Source: Verrucomicrobiota bacterium
GTDB lineage: Bacteria; Verrucomicrobiota; Verrucomicrobiia; Limisphaerales; AAA164-E04
Assembly (NCBI GenBank): GCA_047947115.1
Contig: CP170459.1
Span: 1,632,001-1,696,000 of the forward strand
Length of the DNA: 64,000 nt
Direction of reading: 5' to 3'
The stretch's first letter is position 1; every line of letters begins with the position of its first letter. Shown here piece by piece: positions 31,800-40,477 of this stretch. Below the pieces are notes generated by a model, which worked only from the letters and a program-made list of their open reading frames with translations, made no database searches and had not been told where the DNA came from. The position numbers and the translations under genes are program-made.

Positions 31800-32683
31800 A
31801 AAGAACTCCTTCCATGCGTCAATTGATACACGAGGCGGGTGAACGTCTGGCCGAAAAGGGGGTTGAATCCCCTGAATTAAACGCTCGTCTGTTGCTGGCC
31901 CACGTTCTGGGTGTGATGGAGTGGAAATTGAGTGTTTATCGTTCACCGGTAACAAGCGACCAGGTGAGCCGGTTTCAAGCCCTGGTGGATCGACGTGCCC
32001 AGCGTATCCCGCTTCAGCATTTGGTGGGGTCCGTTGGTTTTTACGGTCTGGATCTGATGGTTTCGCCGGATGCCCTCATTCCTCGGCCCGAGACGGAGAT
32101 TCTGGTGGAAACGGTTCTGGAGGAGATCAAAAAAGCAAGAGAGCTGGACCGACCTTTGCGAATACTTGACATGGCCACCGGTACCGGCTGCATCGCGCTG
32201 GCTCTTGCCAATGAGGTGCCATCCGCCGAAGTATGGGGTGTGGATGTTTCGGAGTCCGCTTTGAAACTGGCCCAAGAAAATGCCAGGCATTGTGGCCTGG
32301 ATCAGCGGGTGAAATTCGTTCATTCCGATCTTTGGTCCGCTTTTGAGATGGATTCCATAATATGGGATGTGATTGTTTCCAACCCGCCGTATATACCGAC
32401 CGAAGAAATTCCCACTTTGGAACCTGAGGTGCGGGATCACGATCCGTTGCTTGCCTTGGACGGGGGTGATGATGGTTTGGATTTTTACTACAAGATTGCA
32501 AGCGAATCGGGTGCATGGCTGCATTCAGGTGGGTTTATCTGCCTGGAATGCGGTAAAGATCAGGCCTCTTCCATTGAAATTCTGTTTAAATCGGCATCGT
32601 GGTTTGCGGATCGGGTGGTTCGAGATTACAATAAGATCCGTCGAATCCTGGTTTTTCGGAGAGAAGAGCATTCTCGCCCGTAG
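31796..32683 (+). CDS. prmC: Release factor glutamine methyltransferase
   Basis: LIPRPETE; LDMATGTG; VSNPPY; ALDGGDDGL. Confidence 0.95.
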   Translation: MKRTPSMRQLIHEAGERLAEKGVESPELNARLLLAHVLGVMEWKLSVYRSPVTSDQVSRFQALVDRRAQRIPLQHLVGSVGFYGLDLMVSPDALIPRPETEILVETVLEEIKKARELDRPLRILDMATGTGCIALALANEVPSAEVWGVDVSESALKLAQENARHCGLDQRVKFVHSDLWSAFEMDSIIWDVIVSNPPYIPTEEIPTLEPEVRDHDPLLALDGGDDGLDFYYKIASESGAWLHSGGFICLECGKDQASSIEILFKSASWFADRVVRDYNKIRRILVFRREEHSRP

Positions 32684-32717
32684 CGCCAACGAGTAACCCA
32701 AATTTCATTCTAGAAAC

Positions 32718-33980
32718 ATGGATACCTTTATCATCCAGGGCGGTGTGCCCTTGAACGGAGAAGTCGCCATTAGCGGCGCCAAAAATGCCGTGCTGCCGAT
32801 CCTGGCCGCAACTTTGTTGACGTCCGAACCCTGTGTCATTCGTCGAGTCCCAGATTTGAGTGATGTTCACTTCATGGGCAAAATCCTTCAGTCACTCGGT
32901 GCCGATTTCACTTTCGAAGACGGAACGGTCAAGGTTCACGCCAAACGGGTGAAGACCCGGGGCGATTACGATTTGATCCGCAAGATGCGGGGTTCCATTT
33001 GTATTCTGGGGCCATTGCTGGGGCGCAAAGGCAAGGCCACTGTGTCCATGCCCGGGGGGTGCGTGATTGGGACGCGTCCGATTGATCTGCATCTCAAGGG
33101 GCTTCGGTCGCTTTCGGCTGAAGTGAAGGTCAGGGAAGGGTATGTGCAGGTGGCCGCCAAGCGGCTTCAAGGGAACGAGGTTTTTCTCGGAGGGCGTGTG
33201 GGGCCGACGGTGCTGGGGACCGCCAACACCATGATGGCTGCCGTGCTCGCGGAAGGTGTGACGGTGATCGAAAGCGCCGCCTGTGAGCCGGAAGTGGTGG
33301 ATCTGGCGCATTTCCTGATATCCATGGGAGCAAAAATCCAGGGCGCCGGATCGCCTAGAATCGTGGTGACTGGTGTGGAAAAACTGCACGGAGCCGAGCA
33401 CGAGGTGATTCCCGACCGTATTGAAGCCGCCACATACGCCATTGCCGCTGCGGCTACGAATGGGGAAGTGACCTTGACCAACATGCGTTGCGACCATCTG
33501 GCGGCCGTGTTGGACAAGTTGAAAGAAGCCGGTGTGCGGTTTGAAGCGCGCGGATCATCGCTCAAGATTCTTTCCGGCGGTGAAATTCAAGCGGTCGATG
33601 TCAGCACCCAGCCTTACACTGGGTTTCCAACTGACGTTCAAGCCCAACTGATGGCATTGATGCTCAAGGCCTCGGGGTTGAGTATCATTACCGAACGTAT
33701 ATTCGAATCCCGTTTCATGCACGCCAACGAATTGGCTCGATTAGGCGCGGATATTGCTATTGAAGGTCCCAGCGCCATCGTCAGGGGCGGGGCGGATTTG
33801 AGTGGGGCAGAGGTGATGGCCAGTGATTTGAGGGCTTCGGCCGCGTTGGTGATTGCGGGGCTGATGTGCAAGGGGCGCACGCAGGTGAATCGTATTTACC
33901 ACTTGGATCGAGGGTATGAGGTCATGGATAAAAAATTGCGCAGTTTGGGCGCACGGGTTAAAAGATCTAAAGAAAAATGA
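32718..33980 (+). CDS. murA: UDP-N-acetylglucosamine 1-carboxyvinyltransferase
   Basis: SGAKNAVLP; PGGCVIGTRPIDLH; PDRIEA; GFPTDVQ; DLRASA; HLDRGY. Confidence 0.97.
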   Translation: MDTFIIQGGVPLNGEVAISGAKNAVLPILAATLLTSEPCVIRRVPDLSDVHFMGKILQSLGADFTFEDGTVKVHAKRVKTRGDYDLIRKMRGSICILGPLLGRKGKATVSMPGGCVIGTRPIDLHLKGLRSLSAEVKVREGYVQVAAKRLQGNEVFLGGRVGPTVLGTANTMMAAVLAEGVTVIESAACEPEVVDLAHFLISMGAKIQGAGSPRIVVTGVEKLHGAEHEVIPDRIEAATYAIAAAATNGEVTLTNMRCDHLAAVLDKLKEAGVRFEARGSSLKILSGGEIQAVDVSTQPYTGFPTDVQAQLMALMLKASGLSIITERIFESRFMHANELARLGADIAIEGPSAIVRGGADLSGAEVMASDLRASAALVIAGLMCKGRTQVNRIYHLDRGYEVMDKKLRSLGARVKRSKEK

Positions 33981-34411
33981 ATGCCAAGGTCGCAGCAGCT
34001 GGAATATTTGTCATAGTAGGCTTTGTTGGAGTGCGCCTCGTTACCTTCATGCAGGAGGCAGACAAACATGTCAACCGCCAGGCATACGAGGATGGTTACT
34101 ACAAAACGCCCGCCAATGAGGAACCGGAAGATATCATTCCCATGGATCTGCCCGGGCTTCCACAACAGCTGCAAGCTTCTTATGATGTTGTGATCGAAAA
34201 GGATGCGGCCACTCTGGAAGCATGGCTGAAGATGTATCGACCCTATGTCAAGGAGCCTAAACTGTCCGAAATCGAGCTGGACTATATCGTTAAAGTGGGG
34301 CGCACTGATCCTCCAAAAGCCCGGAAACTTTTTTCCGAAGTAGCTGCCAAGAATGGGCCGAGTTCACCGTTGCGGGACCGGATCGATACGCTTTCCAAGA
34401 CGTATCAGTGA
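33977..34411 (+). CDS. Hypothetical protein with N-terminal TM helix
   Basis: ATGA overlap with murA; 144 aa. Confidence 0.7.
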   Translation: MNAKVAAAGIFVIVGFVGVRLVTFMQEADKHVNRQAYEDGYYKTPANEEPEDIIPMDLPGLPQQLQASYDVVIEKDAATLEAWLKMYRPYVKEPKLSEIELDYIVKVGRTDPPKARKLFSEVAAKNGPSSPLRDRIDTLSKTYQ

Positions 34412-34454
34412 GATCAGATCGACCGTGGGGTTCAAAATTTATCAAAAAAGGGAT

Positions 34455-34606
34455 TGACCGGATGATTTCGACTGTTTTAATCGCCGCTGTCCTGATCGGG
34501 AGACCGGTTTTCAGACGACATCTCAAACGGCTCGAATCGGCTGTAAGCGTTTCGGTGGCCGGATGTCGCGGGTGGCAGGTGAGGCGCACTTTTGGCGCCT
34601 CCTTTT
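34455..34606 (+). promoter_or_regulatory. Putative promoter plus structured leader/small RNA ending in a terminator-like hairpin
   Basis: TTGACC-N16-TTTAAT; GNRA-capped hairpin; CGACATC/GATGTCG stem; GAGGCGC/GCGCCTC hairpin followed by CTTTT. Confidence 0.45.
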
Positions 34607-34656
34607 GCTTTTCCAGCAACTAGGCTCGTGAAGCCCAGTTACCTTTCAGGCCTGTT

Positions 34657-34827
34657 ATGCATGAAGTCTATTGTCCGGAGTGCCGCACCAAGCGTGGCAT
34701 TGTCCAACGAGAAGAGGAAGTCATGAAGAACGGTCGGCGTGTCATGAAGGGACGCTGCACCTCTTGCAACACCTCCATCATCAAAATTCTGTGCCAGAAG
34801 TTCAAATGGCACGCCATGGCACGGTAA
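34657..34827 (+). CDS. Small Zn-ribbon protein, DUF5679-like (56 aa, missing from the ORF track)
   Basis: MHEVYCPECRTKRGIVQREEEVMKNGRRVMKGRCTSCNTSIIKIL: YCxxC..MKNGR..KGxCxxC pattern. Confidence 0.7.
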   Translation: MHEVYCPECRTKRGIVQREEEVMKNGRRVMKGRCTSCNTSIIKILCQKFKWHAMAR

Positions 34828-34896
34828 TCATTATTACCGCTTGCCCGACACCTTGTGGCAGAATGACGGCTTTTGCCGTACTCTACTTGTTTGATC

Positions 34897-35754
34897 ATGA
34901 GCGATACACAAACGTTAATCCATGTTTTCCCCGGTCAAGGTTCCCAAAATAAGGGGATGGGAGAGGGCTTGTTCGATGCTTTTCCGGAACAGACCAAGGC
35001 TGCGGATGAGATTCTCGGTTATTCCATCCAGTCCCTTTGTCTGGAAGATGCCGGTGATCAATTGAATCAAACCCAGTTCACCCAACCCGCTTTATACGTG
35101 GTGAACGCCCTGACTTATCAGCAGAGACTGAACGAAACGGAAAGAAAACCGGATTTTGTGGCTGGGCATAGTTTGGGGGAATACAACGCGCTGTTAGCTG
35201 CCGGGGTGTTTGATTTTGAGACAGGACTTCGATTGGTTCAGAAGCGCGGTGCGTTGATGGCAAGTGCCACGGGGGGAGGCATGGCGGCTGTGCTGGGAAT
35301 GACCATCGACAAGATTCACGAAGTTTTGGAGCAATCTGAAATCTCCGGTGTCAGCATCGCCAATCTCAATGCACCCCAGCAAACGGTATTGACCGGCAGT
35401 AAGGACGGCATTCTTGCTTTGCAACCGAAATTTCAAGAGGCAGGGGCCAAACGTTATATTCCGTTGAATGTCAGTGGTGCCTTTCACTCACCATTCATGG
35501 AGCCCGCTCAAAAGGAATTCGAAAGCTTTTTGGAGCCGTTTGATTTTGAAAAACCCTCCATTCCGGTCATTTCCAATGTCGAAGCCATACCTTATCCCGA
35601 TCACGGAGTGGCCCATTTACTCGCATTGCAGATCACTTCGCCTGTGCGATGGGTGGAAACGATTCAGTATCTGAATCAACAGCCCAATCCTGTTTTTGAA
35701 GAAGTGGGGCCCGGCAAAGTGCTTCAGGGATTGATCCGTCAGATTTCGGCCTGA
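34897..35754 (+). CDS. fabD: ACP S-malonyltransferase, resembling PksC-type trans-acting acyltransferases
   Basis: FPGQGSQ; TQFTQPALYVVNAL; GHSLGEYNAL; VSGAFHS; FEEVGPG. Confidence 0.88.
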   Translation: MSDTQTLIHVFPGQGSQNKGMGEGLFDAFPEQTKAADEILGYSIQSLCLEDAGDQLNQTQFTQPALYVVNALTYQQRLNETERKPDFVAGHSLGEYNALLAAGVFDFETGLRLVQKRGALMASATGGGMAAVLGMTIDKIHEVLEQSEISGVSIANLNAPQQTVLTGSKDGILALQPKFQEAGAKRYIPLNVSGAFHSPFMEPAQKEFESFLEPFDFEKPSIPVISNVEAIPYPDHGVAHLLALQITSPVRWVETIQYLNQQPNPVFEEVGPGKVLQGLIRQISA

Positions 35755-35854
35755 ATCGGATCTCCTCTGCCTTTGTGAGACTACGGGGGACGTTTGCCGG
35801 AGATGGCTTTTTTGCGGATCAGTCGAGTAGAGAATCGGGGGGGGCAGGTTGGTT

Positions 35855-36259
35855 TTACGTATATTGCCGTATCATCACGCTTTCGCGACCCACTCCGTAG
35901 GCTGACTTGATCTGGTTCAATTTTCGTCCGGAAGTGCGGGAGTGATCCAGTTCGCCTCGGGTCCGGTCGAGCTTTGCACCCAGATTCTGTGAGTTCTCGC
36001 GTTCCAGATGGAGTAATTCGGTCATCCGGGGAGCCAACCAATGACGTATGGTTGCGTCATCCGCTCCATGGCTTGCGGTGATTGTCTCGATCTGCCCCAT
36101 GATTTGCTGGATGGACTGCTGGACAATCCGGATCTGTTCCCAGTCCTGGCCTTGAATGGCCTTGGTTTCCTGCTGGCAGAACACCTTCCAGTCCTGTAGA
36201 AGGCTTTCCACTGTCTGTATCCAATCAGGTTTCACGGTATCGAAATCTGTCTGATTCAA
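35855..36259 (-). CDS. Helical flagellar chaperone-like protein (FlgN/FliT-like)
   Basis: Coiled-coil 134 aa protein directly downstream of fliS; ..KLNQIKSAY. Confidence 0.55.
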   Translation of the reverse strand: MNQTDFDTVKPDWIQTVESLLQDWKVFCQQETKAIQGQDWEQIRIVQQSIQQIMGQIETITASHGADDATIRHWLAPRMTELLHLERENSQNLGAKLDRTRGELDHSRTSGRKLNQIKSAYGVGRESVMIRQYT

Positions 36260-36261
36260 GT

Positions 36262-36657
36262 TCAGGCTGTGACGGATTGTTGTTCGAGCATTTCGGCCCA
36301 GCCCTCCTGCAGGGTCGTCAGTCGATCGATCACCTCCACGATGCCCGCCTCATCTTTGCGGATATTGCTTTCAAACAATCGGCGTTCGAGGTAGGCGTAA
36401 AGATCACTCAGCACAACGGCAAGCTTTCCTCCCTGTTCCATGTTGAGAGTGTTGTGCAATTCATTGATGATGTCCTGGGCTCGGGAGATGTTGTTGTGGA
36501 CGGTTTCATTCATCTCCAGAGGATCATCCAGTTCCAGTCCCATCCGTGCGCGTTCGAGAAATTTGATGGCTCCCTCATAGAGCATCAATACCAATTACCC
36601 GGGAGGGGCGGTTTGGAGTGATATGGTCTTATAGGACTGAAGTGGATTGGCAATCAT
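36262..36657 (-). pseudogene. fliS: Flagellar export chaperone FliS with nonsense codon 21
   Basis: MIANPLQSYKTISLQTAPPG*LVLMLYEGAIKFL..AQDIINELHNTLNMEQGG; TAA at 36595-36597. Confidence 0.85.
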
Positions 36658-36672
36658 AGTTTGTGATGAATC

Positions 36673-36942
36673 TTAATCTTCGTCTAATTTGATGTGGTCG
36701 CCGAGGAGATTTGCTATTTTAACCACTGTTTCAAGTGGGGGATAAAATTCGGAAGCGAGTAGTTCCTTTCCTCTTTGGACAACCTCCGGTCTTACTTCTT
36801 CATCGGTTTCCATGAGCTCTGCCTTTAGCAGGTCGATGGAATTTATGAATTCATCTTGCGGCTTCACGTTTTCCGGACGTGGCGGCTGTTGAGCCGGATT
36901 CATGGAGATCTGTACAGGATCTAGATTGGGTTCGATTTTCAT
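36673..36942 (-). CDS. Small protein, possibly FlgM-like anti-sigma28
   Basis: 89 aa; EVRPEVVQRGKELLASEFYPP..KIANLL resembles the FlgM C-terminal pattern; flagellar context. Confidence 0.5.
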   Translation of the reverse strand: MKIEPNLDPVQISMNPAQQPPRPENVKPQDEFINSIDLLKAELMETDEEVRPEVVQRGKELLASEFYPPLETVVKIANLLGDHIKLDED

Positions 36943-36994
36943 AATGATTCGCCTCGTTTTTTGGTTATTGGATGCGACAGGTTAGCACAGCGTA

Positions 36995-37707
36995 TCATTT
37001 CCTTGGCGGTAAAGTTGAGAACACGGAATCGAGCGTGTATTGCCCGAATAGTCGGGGAGACGCGAGAACGAGTTCCGGGTCCGGTTTTCGAAAGGCTGCG
37101 CTGAGTTGTGTCTCGTAATACGTTTGCGCGGCAGCCGCCACATGTATGTTTCCAGCATCATAAAATTCGTCAATTTCCCATATGGTTTCCAATGTGTCCG
37201 TGTCGATCAGTTTCATGTGCCATCCCATTTTGATGGGTGCCATGGTCTTGAGTGAGGTCAATTCACTCAGCAGCACCGCCTGGCAATTCAATTGCTCTTT
37301 CAATATCTTGAAAAATCTTTTGAAAACACGTGGTCGGAATAGATTTTCCGATAACCGGTCAGGGTGTTCAAGGTATCGCTGTCGAGTACCCGAACCGCAA
37401 ATGCATGCGTTTTCATCAGTTCTGAACGGTAAATTTGTTTCAAAACATTCAGTGTTTCATCATGTCCCGCGCTGATATTCCTGCCTGCTTCCGGTGTGAT
37501 CACGGCAACATTCACCAGTTCGGGTGCCAAGTAGGTGCGGCTTGATGAATAGTTGCTCGGTTGATACGGCTCTGCTTTTGGTTTCGCAAGTGGCACGGTC
37601 TGGCAGCCGGTTCCCGCTAACAACACCCAGAGCAACATGACGATGACTGCCATGTTAGCAGGATGGGGATAGGGTCGATTCGTTTTCATGTCTTTACTCC
37701 AATTCAT
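36995..37707 (-). pseudogene. Lipoprotein split by a one-base frameshift
   Basis: LAGTGC lipobox; ORFs 37300-37707 and 36995-37303 join (KDFFKILKEQLN) if one base is added to the A5 run at 37311-37315. Confidence 0.65.
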
Positions 37708-39419
37708 TGACCTGTGCTGACGCCGAGTCGAGATGATAAAAAGCTCATCTGCTGGTTGATCTGCTGTTGTGCCTGTTCCATGGAAACAAAGCTGGAAATC
37801 AACTGTTCCCTTCGCATTTGAACAAAAGATTCCATGCGTTCAATCTGATCATCGATATCTGTCGACTGCTCCGTCAGGCGATCTTGTTTTTCAATCAAAT
37901 CCCCGTCCTCACCAATTTGTTGGTCGATGTAGCTGAGCAGTTGAACACCTATACCACTGGTTGAATCTTGGAACAATGTTTTGATCTGGCTCAAGCTGTC
38001 GGTGAGAGCCTCGCTCAACAGGTCGGAGTCCTCTACGGACAGGTTGTTGTCGTATCCACTGCTTGAAATCCCTATCTCACTCAGGTGATTCATTGCGGCA
38101 TCCAAACCTGAAACTTCCGAAACAACGATGGAACGCAATTTGCTGGCAATGCTTTCCGCGAAATTCTCTCCGTAAAGAATCCCGGTGTTCACTTTGCCGA
38201 AGGTGTCCGTTGATGAGGAAGTGTGGGTTTCAATGAATGCCTGGACCTTGTTGAACTGGTCGATAAAATCGTTGATGCCTTTTTCTATGGTGGTTCGATC
38301 AGAATCCACGTTGACGGATGTAGTCCCCAGCTTTTTGCCCGTGACGCTCAGTCCGGCAATGCCGGTGGTGACTTCGCTGGCCTTGTTTGAGTAACTGACC
38401 TGGGTGCCTCCGCCATTGATGCTGAACTCCATGTTGTCACCTCGTTGAACGGTTCCGGCGCTGATTCCTGTTGCCGTCAGAAAATTCCCAGTCAAGTCTT
38501 CCATGCTGACTCCGAGATCGCCCGTGGTGGTGTTGGACAGTTGGATACGATCGTTTGTCGCGTCGTAGGTGGCGATGACTCCCGCTCCGGAGGCATTGAT
38601 GCGGTCCATCACGTTTGTCAGACTGTCACTGGATGCATCAAAGCTGATGGAGACGCCATTGATCTTGAACGAGCCTGTTCCGGCTCCTCCGTCTGAAATG
38701 GGTGTTGAAAAGTTTCCTGATACCAGGGCTTTGTCCGTTTGCACTTTCCCCAATGCATTGCTGCTGTCGATCGTGCCCGTGCCGTTGTTGAAAAGTTCGG
38801 CTTCCTGAAGGAAATTGGTCGTATCGTTTGAACTGCCGAGAATAATTTCCGATCCGCTGCTCAACTGTATTTTGTCCGTGACCGGATCATAGCTTCCCGT
38901 CACCGAACCGGATGTGGCCGCACTGATGGCGTCAAAAACGTCCTGTAATGATTGGGATGTCGTGATATCGATTCTCTTTCCATTGACAGTAAAGGAACCA
39001 TCGTTGATGGCGTTTCGAAAAGGTGCCTCGGACAGTAGCAATCCTGAGACATCCGAAGTGGCATTGAGCTGCCCTCCAACATCGGAAGTGCCTATTGTCT
39101 TGGTTGAGGTGGCGAGTTTGGAAATGGTGATGTCGTAGTTTCCTTGAGCAGCGCCCGGGGAGACTTCAGCATAAGCCACGGTTTCATCGGAAACGCTCAC
39201 TTGCCGCTGATCGAACAGATCATCCTCGACAAGGGATTCGAGTCTGCTTTGGAGCACCGTTAGTTCGGTTTGAAGGCTCTTGTAGGTGGTGTTCTTATCA
39301 AAGATGTCAGACTGCTCCAGCAGCAGCCGCTGCTGCGGGATGCGCTCCAGGTCGGTCAACTGGTCCACCATGGACATCCAGTCGAACCCTGAAGCCAATC
39401 CTGACAATTGAAGTTCCAC
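37704..39419 (-). CDS. fliD: Flagellar filament cap protein
   Basis: LSGLASGFDWMSMVDQL N-terminus; FIDQFNKV; C-terminal FVSMEQAQQQINQQMSFL. Confidence 0.92.
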   Translation of the reverse strand: MELQLSGLASGFDWMSMVDQLTDLERIPQQRLLLEQSDIFDKNTTYKSLQTELTVLQSRLESLVEDDLFDQRQVSVSDETVAYAEVSPGAAQGNYDITISKLATSTKTIGTSDVGGQLNATSDVSGLLLSEAPFRNAINDGSFTVNGKRIDITTSQSLQDVFDAISAATSGSVTGSYDPVTDKIQLSSGSEIILGSSNDTTNFLQEAELFNNGTGTIDSSNALGKVQTDKALVSGNFSTPISDGGAGTGSFKINGVSISFDASSDSLTNVMDRINASGAGVIATYDATNDRIQLSNTTTGDLGVSMEDLTGNFLTATGISAGTVQRGDNMEFSINGGGTQVSYSNKASEVTTGIAGLSVTGKKLGTTSVNVDSDRTTIEKGINDFIDQFNKVQAFIETHTSSSTDTFGKVNTGILYGENFAESIASKLRSIVVSEVSGLDAAMNHLSEIGISSSGYDNNLSVEDSDLLSEALTDSLSQIKTLFQDSTSGIGVQLLSYIDQQIGEDGDLIEKQDRLTEQSTDIDDQIERMESFVQMRREQLISSFVSMEQAQQQINQQMSFLSSRLGVSTGQ

Positions 39420-39485
39420 GATATAAGCCTTTTCTACTAGTTTCCGATAGTTGTTTACCGGACTGAAACAGTCCGGCCCTAATGT

Positions 39486-39512
39486 TTATCGGAAAATAGC
39501 GAGAGGGACTTA
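39486..39512 (-). promoter_or_regulatory. sigma28-type promoter of fliD
   Basis: TAAG-N15-TCCGATAA. Confidence 0.75.
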
Positions 39513-39550
39513 AGAAGGAACTTCTTTAAAAGACTGAAAAAGGACTTAAT

Positions 39551-39583
39551 AAAAAGCCCGGTCTTTTGAAGTAAGACCGGGCC
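39551..39583 (-). terminator. Rho-independent terminator of fliC
   Basis: GCCCGGTCTT..AAGACCGGGC followed by TTTTT on the minus strand. Confidence 0.85.
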
Positions 39584-39607
39584 TGTGGGCTTTGGAACTG
39601 ATCTGTG

Positions 39608-40417
39608 CTAACCGATCAATCTTAGTGCCGATTGCGGCATGGCGTTGGCTTGGGCAAGCATTGCTGTTCCGGATTGGACCAGAATGTTCTGTCTTGCGAA
39701 GTTCGCGCTTTCTTCCGCAACGTCAACATCTTTGATGCGACTGTTTGCTTGACTGATGTTGTCTTTCAACACGCTCAGTTGTGAGCTGGTGTTTTCCTGC
39801 CGGGAGATATTGGCACCTACGGTTGCCCGGTCGGTGGCCAATTGGTTGATGGCAGTTTTCACTGCGGTCAACGCTGACGATGCTCCTGCGGTAGTGCCTA
39901 CTGCGAGTGAGTTCAACGCCGTGTAATTTGCTCCGGCAGCAAGGTTGACACCTGTCGCTGCAAACTTGGTTCCATCACTGTCTGTCGTTACGTTCAATGA
40001 ACTGCCATTGAACAAGCTGACACCATTAAAATCCTTTTTGGCGATATCCACGATGTAACTATCCAGGGTCTGGAATTCCTTATCGTAGAGAGCGCGGTCA
40101 GTATTTGTCTTCGTTTCATCCTGTGCGAGCATGGACAACTCACTCATTCGATCCAACGCTTTTCCGACTTTGTTCAAAAAGCCATCCTGCGTTTGTGAAA
40201 ATGAGACGGCATTGCCGACGTTGTCCTTAGCTGCCTGGATCCGGTTGACCTGTGCGTCAAACTTAAGTGAGACTGCGGCTCCTGCCGCGTCGTCTGCAGG
40301 TGAGTTTAACTTGGAACCTGAAGACAATCTTGCCAGGGATTTTTGTAGTGCCTGTGTCGATTCTCCCAAAATGCGAGATGACATTGCCGCCGACGGATTA
40401 GTATTGATGACTACCAT
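39608..40417 (-). CDS. fliC: Flagellin (short, 269 aa)
   Basis: MVVINTN..LARLSSGSKLNSPADDAAG; SRIKDVDVAEE..MLAQAN; GGAAGGAG RBS. Confidence 0.96.
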   Translation of the reverse strand: MVVINTNPSAAMSSRILGESTQALQKSLARLSSGSKLNSPADDAAGAAVSLKFDAQVNRIQAAKDNVGNAVSFSQTQDGFLNKVGKALDRMSELSMLAQDETKTNTDRALYDKEFQTLDSYIVDIAKKDFNGVSLFNGSSLNVTTDSDGTKFAATGVNLAAGANYTALNSLAVGTTAGASSALTAVKTAINQLATDRATVGANISRQENTSSQLSVLKDNISQANSRIKDVDVAEESANFARQNILVQSGTAMLAQANAMPQSALRLIG

Positions 40418-40477
40418 TTTAGACTCCTTCCATTGAGTTTTTAGTTTATAATATGGCTTCCTTGCCATATGGGATTT

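Noticed and set aside
34488..34650. TPP or glycine riboswitch (CCTGATC; CTTTCAGG)
   Set aside because: Other obligatory elements (CTGAGA; GGAGAG..CCGAAG) are absent; kept only as an unknown structured leader
36595..36597. Stop-codon recoding or an alternative genetic code explaining the in-frame TAA in fliS and at 4497
   Set aside because: TAA terminates many intact genes in this window; mutation or sequencing error is simpler
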